This document shows positions 12,417 to 24,590 of a DNA stretch of 64,000 nt, piece after piece. The translations under genes were made by a program, and so were the position numbers. Numbering within the stretch: position 1 is the first letter of the stretch; each line of letters starts with the position of its first letter. Under the pieces are notes generated by a model that made no database searches, was not told the origin of the DNA, and saw only the letters and a program-made list of their open reading frames with translations. The stretch lies in assembly GCF_001194135.2 (NCBI RefSeq), contig NC_068988.1, positions 78,297,079 to 78,361,078 of the forward strand. The letters are read 5' to 3'. Origin of the DNA: Octopus bimaculoides. Taxonomy: Eukaryota.

Positions 12417-12576
12417 TAACAACAAAGATGAGGACAAATATCCATTAAATTTAAATAATGTACATAATTTCTCATCTCTTAAATGTAGAACTGTATTAGG
12501 TTCAAGTATGGTTATCTACTTCAGAATGATAGTTTTGCATAAATGAACTAAGTATAAATATATTACTTTTCATTTA

Positions 12577-12770
12577 CCCTTTAGTATTCAGATTTTTCTA
12601 TCAAATGTAATGCTTATTTTTTCACATTGTAGCTTTGAGATTTCAATGATGTGATTGTTTCTTTTTTGAATGACATTATAGGGTAGGGGTAAGAGGCTAA
12701 ATCTGGCCATTTTGAAGATAAAACAGGGAGATTGTTTTGGCTGGATATGGTGGTTTTAAATGCTAAAGGA
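12577..12770. mobile_element. piggyBac-type MITE
   Basis: ttta-CCCTTTAGTATT ... AATGCTAAAGGA-ttaa: imperfect TIRs with TTAA-like flanks; homologous to 3203-3420. Confidence 0.6.
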
Positions 12771-12990
12771 TTAAAGGTAGTTACTACCAGTTAGACCAAA
12801 CTTTCAGCTTCACGTTACTCTATAGATCAAACATCAGAATTTGTATTTAACTAGTATTTGAAGAAATCATTTGTTTATCACTGTATGAATATATTTGAGT
12901 GGAGTATATTATTAAGAGATAAAGAATATTGAAAATATCGTTCTACTTTATTAATTATAGTGGTCATTGTCTGTTTCACTCTGTTAATCT

Positions 12991-13250
12991 TGTAGGGCAA
13001 GATTTGTGAGAGACAAACTGTAGACAGGAACTTCACTGTGGGCTAGCTAGGAAGTTGGTCCGCAGCAAAAGGGACTTCCAGTAGGAGAAGAAAAACAAAA
13101 GAATGTCAACAGTGAGTGTTAAACGAATCTGAATGAATTAAGCAGAAATAATTGGTGACTTAAGCCCTGATGTACATAAAGTGATAAACCTTTGATAAAT
13201 GTATTCTCGTCTCCACTAGTTTGTTTGCGTATAGCTTAACAAAGCTCTAA
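12991..13250 (+). repeat. 5' LTR of the Gypsy element
   Basis: Direct repeat of 17089-17340; followed immediately by the PBS. Confidence 0.92.
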
Positions 13251-13251
13251 C

Positions 13252-13262
13252 TGGTGACCCCA
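13252..13262 (+). promoter_or_regulatory. Primer binding site, tRNA-Trp type
   Basis: TGGTGACCCCA; the first 10 nt match the tRNA-Trp PBS TGGTGACCCCGACG known from avian sarcoma/leukosis viruses. Confidence 0.75.
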
Positions 13263-13923
13263 ACGATAGAACAACAGCTCCCACTACCGAAACAAGCATA
13301 GCTAGCAACAAAACAACACTGAGGCTATTACAGTTCTGGCCTAAGAAGGTTGAACTGTGGTTTGTGCAGGAAGAAGCCCAATTCGATGTAAGCAAGGTAA
13401 CGGCCAACCAAACGAAGTACTCGCATGTTGTGGTGGCACTAGATGAAGATACGACAACGAAGGTGCTGGACATTTTAACCCAACCCCCACCAACACAAAA
13501 ATACACCATATTGAAAAATAGTGGATACATTCCGGCACAGTGAAAGAGGAGCGGCAGTCAAGAGGAGGGGGATTTAGGCGATTCTAAGCCTTCGGAGCTG
13601 ATGGACAGGATGTTGGCATTAGTCCCCACCCCCCGGTGAGTCACCTTTGTTTCTGTTTAGGGAAATATTCCTCCGCAAGCTGCCACCTCAGGTCCAGGCC
13701 CTCATAACTCAGACCGAAATCAAGGACCTGTAGCAATTAGCGAAGACAGCTGACAAACATTGTTTTATCCAGTGGTGTCATGGTCAACGAAGGGTAGGGT
13801 TAAGCAAGATGACCTGTGCTTCTACCACGCAAAGTTTGGGGAAAAGGTGACAAAGTACAAACAATCATGTAGCTTCGGGATCCCTTCACCAGTGACCCAG
13901 GGAAACTCCAGGGCCAGCCACCA

Positions 13924-16330
13924 TTGAATGCCCTGATGGCTAGCAGACTTGATCAAATGCTCCTCTATGTCTGTGATCGGAGCTCTGGATGCAGGTTCCT
14001 AATCGACACAGGAGCAGAAGTCAGCATGATCTTGGCGTCAGCAAGGGACCTCCATCATGGAAAGCAGAGCCAACCTTTAACAGCCACCAACAGTTCTATA
14101 ATCGAGGCATATGGTTGCTGCACCTTTTCTCTCAACATCGGCTCACAAAAATACACATAGGAATTCACCCTCACTGATGTTTATCAGCCCATAATCAGTG
14201 TAGACTTTCTTCGAACACGCTTGCTTCTGGTTGATTTGTGGGGAAGATGACTCCTTGACAACAATACATATGCTTCCGTGCCTCTTGTAACATCTCCACA
14301 TTCCACCCCTCCCTCACCCCCGCATAGCAACCATCTCACAGACCAAGAACAAATTCTTGAATCTTCTTGTAAGTCACCCCAATCTTACCACTCCATCATT
14401 CTCCCAACCTACAGCCCGCCACGGAGTAACACACTACATCTCCACCACTGCCCCCCCCCCCCCGTGCACAGCCGTTCACGTCGTCTATCACCAAACAAAT
14501 TTGCAATCACAGAGGNNNNNNNNNNNNCCCCCGTGCACAGCCGTTCACGTCGTCTATCACCAAACAAATTTGCAATCACAGAGGCCAAGTTCAACAGTAT
14601 GGAGGCATTGGGCATAGTTCGTTGATCAAGCAGTCCCTGGTCATCACCCCTGCATATCGCCCCCAAATCCAGCGGAGGTTATCGACCCTGTGGAGATTAC
14701 CGCCATCTCAACGCAGATACAACACCTGACCACTACCTCATCCCACACATACAGGATCTCTCAGCCCAGCTAGCCGGGTGCTCGGTTTTCTCAAAGGTTG
14801 ACCTCATCTGGGGATACCACCAAATACCAGTACAAGATGGTGATGTACTGAAAACTGCTGCGATCACTCCTTTCGGTCTGTACGAATTCCTACATACACC
14901 TTTTGAACTGGAAAACGCAGCACAATCCTTCCAACGCCTGGTGGACACTGTGTGCAGAGGTCTTGATTTTGTCTTTGCATACTTAGATGATGTCCTTATT
15001 GCAAGCCCAAACACAGAGCTACATAAAAAGCACCTAGTCACTCTTTTTGATAGGCTGGAACTGTATGGTTTACTAATCAACCCCACCAAGTGCGTTTTTG
15101 GTGTGACAGAAATCGACTTGGGACATTGAATCACGAGTGCTGGCGCTATATCCCTGCCAGTAAAAGTGAAAGCTATCCTATCCTTTCCACGCTCCACCAC
15201 AAGCAAAGCTCTACATCAATTCGTGGGCATGGTAAACTTTTACCATTGCTTCATCCCCTCTGCAGCAAGAGTGATGAGACCCCTATACAAGGCACTGTCA
15301 AAAGTGGGTTCAAAAAGACAGGTGAAGTGGGATAGTACAATGACTTCAGCCTTTGAACCCACAAAACAAGCCCTGGCTCAAGCAACCATGCTGTCCCATC
15401 CTCATATGTCAGCTTGGACTGCACTCACAGTTGACACATCCAACACAGCCATTGGGGACGTTTTGTAACAACACATCAACAGTCAGTGGCGACCACTTGC
15501 CTTCTTCAGCTGACTACTATGACCCTCTGAACAGAAATGCAGTGCTTTTGACAGGTAACTACTGGTTGTCCATCTAGGTGTCTGCCACTTTCGCTATTTC
15601 CTTGAAGACCACACATTTACAGTATTTATGGATCACAAACCACTAACCTTTGCTATGAGCAAGCTCTCAGAGCTTTGGTCTGCATGCCAGCAATGACAGC
15701 TATCGGCCATTTCTGAGTACACCACAGACATCCAACACATAGCCGGCAAGGGCAACTCACTTGCTGATGCACTCTCTCATGCTCCTACCCACTCTCACAC
15801 CTACCTATCACCAATAACGGAAGGCTTGGATTATGAAGCTATGGCTGCAACCCAGCAGACAGATGATAAGATCAGGACCTACCACACTGCCATCACATTA
15901 CTTTAGCTCTAACGGGAAGCCACAACTGATTGTCCCATCAGCCTGGTGCAAGAAAATTTTTGACATCATTCATGGACTTTCTCACCAAGGTACTAAAGCC
16001 ACACGGCAGTTGCTGTCAAGCAAATTTATTTGGCACAGTATGGTCAAGCAAATCTGGGACTGGACTAGGTCCTGCACCCCCTGTAAACAAGCCAAGATCC
16101 ATCAACACACCCCCTTGGCAACTATGAACCACCTCAGGCCCAATACAGCCATGTCAACATCGATCTTGTTGGCCCCCTACTACCTTCACAGGGTTGCTTG
16201 TATCTACTGACCTTAGTAGACTACTATTCCTGTTGGCTTGAGGCTATTCCCCGCCACAGCATGGAAACACAAGAACTCAGCTGAGCCTTCATTGCAAACT
16301 GGGTCACCCGTTTTGGTGTCCCAGACAGCT
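13924..16330 (+). pseudogene. pol: Gypsy pol pseudogene (PR-RT-RH-IN)
   Basis: ORF fragments 13924-14160 (DTGAEVS), 14941-15129 (YLDD), 15166-15468 (RT/RNase H) and 15833-16210 (integrase Zn finger), interrupted by stops and frameshifts. Confidence 0.9.
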
Positions 16331-17088
16331 TTTCATCCANNNNNNNNNNNNNNNNNNNNNNNNNNNNNNNNNNNNNNNNNNNNNNNNNNNNNNNNNNNNN
16401 NNNNNNNNNNNNNNNNNNNNNNNNNNNNNNNNNNNNNNNNNNNNNNNNNNNNNNNNNNNNNNNNNNNNNNNNNNNNNNNNNNNNNNNNNNNNNNNNNNNN
16501 NNNNNNNNNNNNNNNNNNNNNNNNNNNNNNNNNNNNNNNNNNNNNNNNNNNNNNNNNNNNNNNNNNNNNNNNNNNNNNNNNNNNNNNNNNNNNNNNNNNN
16601 NNNNNNTACAGTGCCAGGAGAGTTCCTTCTGAATACAAAGTCAGACCCGGATGTCAAAAGGTACCTCACTGGGAGACAGCATAGGCCATTTGCACCCCAT
16701 TCCCGTGTTGACACACGGTACACCCAGATCATTCGTACCAAATAACTTCCACATGGCTAACTTTGTGTTCGTTCGATGTGACACACGATGAAAACCCCTC
16801 TAGTCACCCTGGTCCATATCAAGTAATACATTTGGGAGATTAAACATTCCAACTCCTAATTTACAGACGACAAGACACAGTCTCCATCAATAGATTGAAA
16901 CCAGCCCATCTCGATATTGACAACCTTGTTCAAGTAGCCCAGCCACCAAACAGGGACCGTCCTAGACAGACCACACCAACCCTTGACAAGGAACAGTCAA
17001 CAAAGAATCAAATAACCACATGCATGGGCAGGACAATTAAGACGCCTTCCCATTTCCAACGACAGTCAACAGTTCTGGTGGGGAGCTA

Positions 17089-17340
17089 TGTAGGGCAGGA
17101 TTTGTGACAGACAAACTGTAGACAGGAACTTTGCTGTGGGCCAGCTAGGAAGTTGGTCCGCAGCAAAAGGGACTTCCAGTAGGAGAAGAAAAACAAAAGA
17201 ATGTCAACAGTGAGTATTAAGCGAATCTGAATGAACTAAACAGAAATATCTGGCGACTGAAGCTCTGATGTATATAAAGTAATAAACCTTTGATAAATGT
17301 GTTCTCGTCTCCACTAGTTTGTTTGCGTATAGCTTAAAAC
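17089..17340 (+). repeat. 3' LTR of the Gypsy element
   Basis: Preceded by purine-rich ggtggggagcta; about 93% identical to the 5' LTR; the exact 3' end is unclear. Confidence 0.92.
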
Positions 17341-17503
17341 TATAATCCTATATTTTAGCTGATAATTATAGATACTATCTAAAGTCTCAACTTAATTGTC
17401 TTTCACCAAGATGTCTTTAGTTCAAGACCAACATTGCTGTCTCATTTTTGTTTTGTTTTGTTAATTTGTTTTGTTTTGTTTTGTTAATTGAGATGAAAGG
17501 ACA

Positions 17504-17745
17504 CCATCACCCCTATATTTTCATGCACAATTCACTTGGCTGTAAGCAAAGCCATTGTTTTCTTGAACTCATTTCTTGCAAGCAGTAGGTGCACTATATC
17601 ATTGATAAGTGTTTTCATGTTTATGTTGGTTGGCCCTCCTCCAGTAGATATTCTCACCATGACTATCCCATAATTTTTCTTTTTTGTTTATCTGTGTCTC
17701 CATTTTCATTCTCTAAGACAGCAGGGTGTGATTTAAATTTGGCTG
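17504..17745 (+). repeat. 242-bp direct duplicate of 19514-19755
   Basis: No differences seen between the two copies; offset 2010 bp (ORFs at 17589 and 19599 share their first 53 aa). Confidence 0.9.
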
Positions 17746-19513
17746 TTTTTTTTTTGTTCTTGTTTTTTTTTCTTAATTAATGATAACATAATTGTATGAG
17801 GTCGTATGTTCTCTAGTTACTTCAGAATGGCATTGATCAATACTTTGGTGGGCTTTACACATATGATTACATATATCAGAATTAAACACAGTTAAGAAGA
17901 ACATTAAATCTTTGTGCAATTTGAGAAGTGAATTTGCTTGATATGTAGGATAATAGTCAGAAATGAATAGTCTTCACTTAGCTGCAAACAATGAGTGCAA
18001 GAATCTGCCAAATGATGACAGAGATCCAGTATTTCAGATGTAAAAAAAAAACACGTGTAGTTGGCAGAAGAATTCAGTATCTTCTGATCCATCACCCACT
18101 TTGATGGTTTACTAGCTATAAATGGCTGTTCCTCTTTCTTTAGTCATCTAATTAATGTTGGATCTCATTGAAAATTAAAGCAATCTCTCAAAAATCTTTA
18201 AAGAGCTATTTTCTACATGCATAAGGCAGTTGGTATAGAGCATAAGAGTTGAAGTGTGCAAGAGAAATTACTATTTGGTTTTTGGTCAGTGATACAAATA
18301 GACATTGTGTGGTGGTGGTTGGGGGCAGTTCTTGTGCAGCTGTTATTTGAAGAGTACTTATTGTCAAAGAACAGGGAAGGAAACTTGAAAGACCCTACAG
18401 AGTAGATGAAAAAGAGTTGGTTGGTAAACAATGCTGTGTGGTCAAGCTATCTAATCAAAGCTAGTATAGAAAACTAGAAATTAAAATGTTGATGCAGTGT
18501 ACTGCTTACTAATTTCTAGAAGTAACTTGAGGGCCTATTTGATAAGGCTTTAATTACCATTATACAGTGATTATTGAACTTACTCTATCATTTAGTTGGG
18601 ATTATAGAGTAGCCCAGTAACATTTTCATGTAGAGATCTAGGTATTTGTACATATATCAACCTTTAATGGGTGTATTTCATAAGTAATTAGTCATATGGT
18701 ATAATGAGTAGTAAAACTATTTACACTGCAAATTTCAATTTGAGATATATATTTTCTCAGAAATTAGCATGCGGCATGTTTTTGATATGAAGAAATCGAT
18801 CTTATAACATATATTTAAGGTTTATTGGTTAAGTAGAGTTAATAGATCACCAGACAAAGTGCTTTATGGTATTTACTCTTTTCTCTTTATGTTTTAAGTT
18901 CAAATCTAAAGATAAACTTAGTTTTACACTCTTCTAATTCTGGGTCAACATTATTGACTATGTCCCTAAATTGTCCTTACAATTTGTGAATTGTGTAATT
19001 TAGAAATCCTTATTCAAATACTTTAATCAGGGGTTTCATTTCTATTTCAAATGAAGTTTACAGTAAGCCTGTGTTTCTTTCTCTGGATTTTCACTTGGTT
19101 TTTGAAGTTCATTTAGTGGTTGTATATCTTTTGGGAATGACAGTAGTGCTTTCCTTACCAGAAATGTCTCAAAATTCATTTTCTGCTAGAAGGTGAATCC
19201 TGTTCCATCATAAAAATATCATGCAGATATGAGAACATTAATTTTGAAAATGTCTCCCCTCTGTTGTTGGTTCATTGACTTCCATTGCTGAGTTGATCAA
19301 TCCCTGAACACCTTCATGTGTAGCGATCTAGAGAAGAGTCTGTTCCTCAGACATTGATATTCATGTAATACTCAGAGTTGTAGGATGTTGCTTCTTCATT
19401 TGTATTCTTCAGAAAGAAACTGGGTTCTTGGTAATCAAATGTCAGATGTAGCTTCATGATCAAGCAACAGACACTGATAAAAATCCAACTATAAAAAATT
19501 GATGGCTTCTATC

Positions 19514-19755
19514 CCATCACCCCTATATTTTCATGCACAATTCACTTGGCTGTAAGCAAAGCCATTGTTTTCTTGAACTCATTTCTTGCAAGCAGTAGGT
19601 GCACTATATCATTGATAAGTGTTTTCATGTTTATGTTGGTTGGCCCTCCTCCAGTAGATATTCTCACCATGACTATCCCATAATTTTTCTTTTTTGTTTA
19701 TCTGTGTCTCCATTTTCATTCTCTAAGACAGCAGGGTGTGATTTAAATTTGGCTG
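19514..19755 (+). repeat. 242-bp direct duplicate of 17504-17745
   Basis: Identical to 17504-17745; this copy continues into ctatttctag, completing a short dispersed repeat that the first copy truncates. Confidence 0.9.
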
Positions 19756-20254
19756 CTATTTCTAGTGTGTTAGGTGACCGCATAGAATCTTCCTCAATGG
19801 CTCCTCTTTTGTTTGTTTGTGGTGATGAGTTTGTATTGCTGAAGACAATGAAAGATGATGACTCTTATGTATACTCTTTTTCAGTAGATCCTGAAGTTCA
19901 TACTTTCTTTCTGCTTTTAGATAAGAAGATGGAGAGTACACCAAGTCAATGATGGTCCCTCTATGTAGCTCTTTAAGCAGCTAGAAATAGCAGCCAAATC
20001 TTCCTTGGTTCATACCTTTCTGTATTAAAAAGAGGCCACATCATAGGTATACCAAAACGTGAGGTGGTCATTATTGGAATGTCTCTGAAAGACAACTGGG
20101 ATTAGATAACAACTGCAGCAACAACAGTTTTAATGTAGCAGTTGCCATTCTCATAATTTGGTCCTCATCTTATCCTTATTTACTATTGCTCCTCTATGTA
20201 GAGAAGAATATTAGGATTAATATTCTGAGAAAATTGCTTCATTTATTTAGAATC

Positions 20255-21075
20255 AAATTATCATCATCAAAATACATCCATTTTCCATGCTGGTATGGGT
20301 TGGATGGTTTGGCAGGAGCTAGCCAGCTGAAGACCTGGCTGAGTTCCATATCTGTTTTGGTATGGTTTCTATAGCTGAACGCCCTTCCTAATGCCAATAA
20401 CTTAACAGTGTACTGGGTGCTTTTACATGGCACCAGCACTATGAGCCCGCAAGATTTGAATTGCTCAGCTGATGAAGGATGCAGGAGTCATGCCTGTATG
20501 CAATTTAACTTGATGTATCCTCTCAAGCACAGCAAACTGCCAGGAGTCTTGCTCCCTTGTCATCCCCTCTGTGAGGCCCAGCATCTGAAGATCCTATCTC
20601 ACCACTTCATCCCACATCTTCCTGAGTCTACTCCTTCCACATGTTCCCTCCACAATTAAAGATTGGCACTCCTTGATTCAACTGTCTTCATTCATACGCA
20701 TTACATAACCAAACTACATCCGATGCCTCATATTTCCAGTTTTTCTCTCAAATCACATTGTATTGTACATGCACACTGACATTGCCCATCCAGCTGCACA
20801 TGCAGACTTCATTTCTTTCAAGCCTTCGCATCTCCTCAGTAGTCACAGCCCATATCTCACTGCCATATAGCATAGCTGTTTGTACACAGGCATCATACAA
20901 TCTGCCCTTCACTCTGAGAGAGAGACCCTTTGTTATTAACAGTGGTAGTAGCTCTCTAAACTTTACCCAGTCTGTTCTTATCCTAGCAGCTATGCTTTTG
21001 GAATAACCTCCACCACTACTAACTTGGTCACCTAAGTAATGGAAAGTGTCTACTATTTCTAAGGATCTTCACTTT
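20255..21075 (-). mobile_element. RTE-clade LINE 3' end (RT C-terminus plus tail)
   Basis: Minus strand IVDTFHYLGDQVSSGGG...IAARIRTDWVKFRELLPLL...KGRLYDACVQTAMLYGSEIW (RTE signature), ending in the same tail as the abundant SINE-like family. Confidence 0.85.
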
Positions 21076-22295
21076 CAATAAATATGTTAGAACAGAGCTG
21101 TTATCATGGTGTTTAAGGAATTTAGCTTTGCCGTTTTTCCTTATTTCTTTCAGTCTCATTTCTTCTCTGCGCATCTGTATCATATTAAACATATTTAGCA
21201 TTGTGAATGTGTATGGTCTACTAATGAAGATGATGCCCTCATGATTATAATGTTCTAATTGGATATCTGAATTTGTGTGGTGCATTATGTCCTTGAGCAA
21301 GGTATTTCACATTGCCCCAGTTGATTCAGCTGAAAATGAGTCCCAACTAAGTTCTGAAGCTGCCCTCTCACCCTTCAACTGCCACTTCCTCTATGTTCTG
21401 CAGGGTGGGAAGGCGCTTGTTATCAGGTCATACTCCACTTGTAAGTGACTAAGTTATGGGCTGTAGTTTTTGACTTTTAGCCTTACATGTAACAGTGTTT
21501 GCTTTTGTCTTCAAATCCAGGATTCATTGTTGCTTATTTAGTTAACTTGCCAATAACCTCCCCGACAGCTTGACATTTCTTTGAACACTCAGTTATTTCA
21601 TGTTTGTGCATGCATGTCTGAATAGAGTTTACAACGCAATCGTTTTATTGTCAAGGTCAAACTGTGGCTGTCACTTAAAAGATTTTACTGTTGTTCTAAA
21701 TTATTGAAATGTCATTTATTATTATTATACTATCAATTCAGTGATACTCTCTCAACCAATTTTTATTACTATAAAACTACCCTCATGTTAAATATCTTCA
21801 ATCATTTATTTTCATTTTAAATTATTTTCTTTCTAAAGTTTAATATTTAATAATACTAACAAAAACACTGCCCTCTGAGTGGTTTTCTGTTAGTCACTAA
21901 TTTATATTTACACATTTGATTCCCAAGTTGTGTAATTATTCTAAGTTACATCTAATTTCCCTTTGTATCCTTTATTCATCAATAAATAAATGTAGAATGG
22001 CAAGCACTTCAGAGACTTAAAATTTGTGAGGAAATCAAATATTATGTTGACTTATCTTAGCTGTGTAAAAGTCCTTAGTTTATCATATAGATACATTTCA
22101 GATGATGTCATAATTTGCATGATTGGTAAAAATCACAGTGAAAAACTTATTGTTGGTTGAAATACATGTGATTGTATAACTGATTATTTGCTCTACATTA
22201 CTTTTTGTATCAATTACAATACAGTCTCCTATTGCAGTACATAAGGTTATTTTTTGAAACATTGTGCTCAACAATGGTTGATAGAAAATGAGATA

Positions 22296-22961
22296 CAAGG
22301 TGGTATCAAAAAGTTCCCGAACTAATTACATTTAATAAAGAAATAACTTATTTACCGAAGTTTTAACATCTTGTTTGAAATAGTTACTGGTCCCAGAAGA
22401 GGGTGCGAAAGCAATACCATGTTGTATTTTGGCGAGAAACTCGAGTGAGGAGAGCTTGGTGACAGACTGCATTGTCATCATGAAACATCCATTTCTTTAT
22501 GCTCTACAGATCTGATTGCTTTTGCTTCATGTCCTCTCTCAAATGCTTCAAAACGTTGCAGTAACACTCTCAATTGATGGTCTGGCCCTAGGGGACAAAT
22601 TCTCAATACACAATATTATGGATGTCAAAAAGCAATGAGCATGCTTTTGACTGAGCTGTTGAAGTGCCTGTGCCACTTGAAGCATTGCATATGAGTCATT
22701 ACCTCATCACTGTAAGCTTCCTGAAGCATGCTCAATGTCTCTGTAGCCAGACTTCCCAAGTTTAACACAAAATTTCATGTTGGCTTTTTGTTCCAACTTC
22801 CTGTCCATGACAAAAATCGCAGACTACAGCATACACGTCACAAAAACACAAATTTCACAACTTGCAAAGTAAACACAGCTATGTCACTTAGCACACTGCC
22901 TCATGAAGGTCACTGCTAGTTCTCACTGTGTGCTGCAGAAGTAGTCCACGATACCACCTCG
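22296..22961 (-). mobile_element. Internally deleted mariner transposon
   Basis: TA flanks; imperfect TIRs caaggtggtatc...gataccacctcg. Minus strand encodes MDRKLEQKANMKFCVKLGKS and GQTIN...CNVLKHLRED...FHDDNA mariner motifs. Confidence 0.8.
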
Positions 22962-23449
22962 TAAGTTTATATTTGGTAATATTGACATAAGTAAATTAAA
23001 ACTCCTTTTCTTCTTCACAAACACCTGGCAGATTTGATGTGGAATTAGACTTATAATTAAAATTATAATTTGGAGAAATGCTTTTACTGATATGTCATGA
23101 AAGTAGCATCATGATGCCTGAGAGAGAAAGAGAAAAGTCATATCACAGCATTAAAAAAACACAGTATCACATTAAATTCAAATAAGTTTTTTTAATTGAA
23201 ATCTTCAATAAATATAAGTTCATTGAGAACTATAATTTGATAAAAATATTAAAATTGGAATTTTTAAGAATTTTCTAGACAGTGTAGTCTTTAATAATTG
23301 CTTTTATTTCTTAGTAAAAATGATTTCAAACTAATTAATAAGCAATGTTCTTTATTGTAGTATAGCTGAACATCTCAATTTAGATTATCTTTTTTATTTT
23401 TTATTTTATTTATATATTATAGTTTTCCAATATTGTGTTACTTTTTCAG

Positions 23450-23509
23450 ACAGCATGTTTGTAGTTCATTGGAAAAATGTTCATCTCCATGATCAGAAAT
23501 CAGTGAAAG
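23450..23509 (+). CDS. PLXDC2: PLXDC1/2-like internal exon
   Basis: ctttttcag|AC acceptor, G|gtgag donor. Encodes (D)SMFVVHWKNVHLHDQKSVK, matching vertebrate GTALVVQWDHVHLQD; phase-compatible with the flanking exons. Confidence 0.9.
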
Positions 23510-24084
23510 GTGAGGATGAATTCTTATTCTGTTTTTCTTTTTAAATGTACCCATGAAATATATCACAAAGAATATAATCTTTTAGAGCGAGACAAGATTG
23601 TAACTTTAATTTATTCATGTGAAGCTTTAGTGTAATTATGACCCACATATATCTTCTTTGTCACAATATTTATCTATCTGCAAGTAATGCAGGACCCTTG
23701 GTATACGGTATAAAAAGGTTCTAAATTTTTTTTAAAAACATATTAAGTTTTCTTATTCCCCAAAAGTAAAACTACAATTTCATTTACATGTTTTAGGTAG
23801 ATATGGTTTATGACTCTTGTATTTGCTTGTATAAATATTTAAATACTCTGTCAGAAAAGAGTCTTATTTGGTTAGTGTTTCTTACAATCACAGGTAATTT
23901 CCATTTATGAAGAGAGGAAATAGTTCTATTGTTGCCATTAAATGAAATGTCTTACATTGTTAGAATCTTAATGGCAGTAAACTAAAAAGAGGTCTGCAAA
24001 GACTGCTCTTATAAAGATTGTATTTGTATTACCTCTGAACTTTAAAACATTTTGGATTTAAAGAAATTATTTTAGATCTGTGTA

Positions 24085-24270
24085 TGAGCTGGTGCCGTGT
24101 GAAAAGCACTCAGTTCACTTTGTAGGGTGGTTGGTGTTAAAACCATACTGTAAAAACCATGTCAAAACAGACACAAAAGCCTGGTGCCGTCTGCTGCCTG
24201 GCTGGCTCCTGTCAAACTGTCCAACCCATGCCAGTATGGAAGACATGCATTAAACGATGATGATGATGAA
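24085..24270 (+). repeat. RTE-tail SINE-like fragment
   Basis: ...ccaacccatgccagtatggaagacatgcattaaacgatgatgatgatg. Confidence 0.7.
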
Positions 24271-24382
24271 CTCTTGTGTGGAATTTTGTAGAGTGAGAAA
24301 TCTTGTACATCTATTAGTAATAAAGTAATGTGACATTAATTGAGGTACTTTAGGAAAATAAAAAAATGTCTAGATGCTGGTG

Positions 24383-24590
24383 TAGTCATAGCTGTGTGCT
24401 TAAGAAGCTTACTTTGTTATCATATAGTTTTGAGTTCAGCCATACAGCCCAGCAATTTGGGCAAATGTCTTTTATCATAACCCTGGGACAACCAATGCCT
24501 TGTGAGTGACTTTGGTAAGCAGAAACAATGTGGAAGCCTGTTGTGAATACACACATACGTACGTACATACATACATACATACAAACAAAC
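24383..24590 (+). repeat. tRNA/CORE-like SINE fragment
   Basis: gtcatagctgtgtgcttaagaagc...ttgggcaaatgtcttttatcataaccc...gaagcctgttgtg followed by (TACA)n. Confidence 0.65.

Larger units (their letters stand above)
11806..12458 (-). mobile_element. 5'-truncated Penelope-like element with inverted terminal repeat arms
   Basis: About 133-bp inverted arms (11806-11938 and 12327-12458). Centre 12110-12310 translates on the minus strand (with frameshifts) to DHVWKNGDHLPLWDEVKIIE...KLKETAHMLGHNNLLSRPS, a GIY-YIG C-terminal signature. Each arm contains a hammerhead-like motif. Confidence 0.75.
12991..17340 (+). mobile_element. Ty3/Gypsy LTR retrotransposon, two LTRs, coding region decayed
   Basis: LTRs 12991-13250 and 17089-~17340 (start TGTAGGGCA, about 17 mismatches in about 250 nt by eye). 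PBS TGGTGACCCC at 13252 and polypurine tract at 17077-17088. Gag (LLQFWPKKVELWFVQEEAQF), protease (FLIDTGAEVS), RT (YLDDVLIAS), RNase H (LTVDTSNTAIG), integrase (HGLSHQG, CKQAK) in Gypsy order. Confidence 0.95.

Noticed and set aside
19000-19600. L1/Tx1 endonuclease relic on the minus strand
   Set aside because: Only faint resemblance in fragmented frames; not enough to call.
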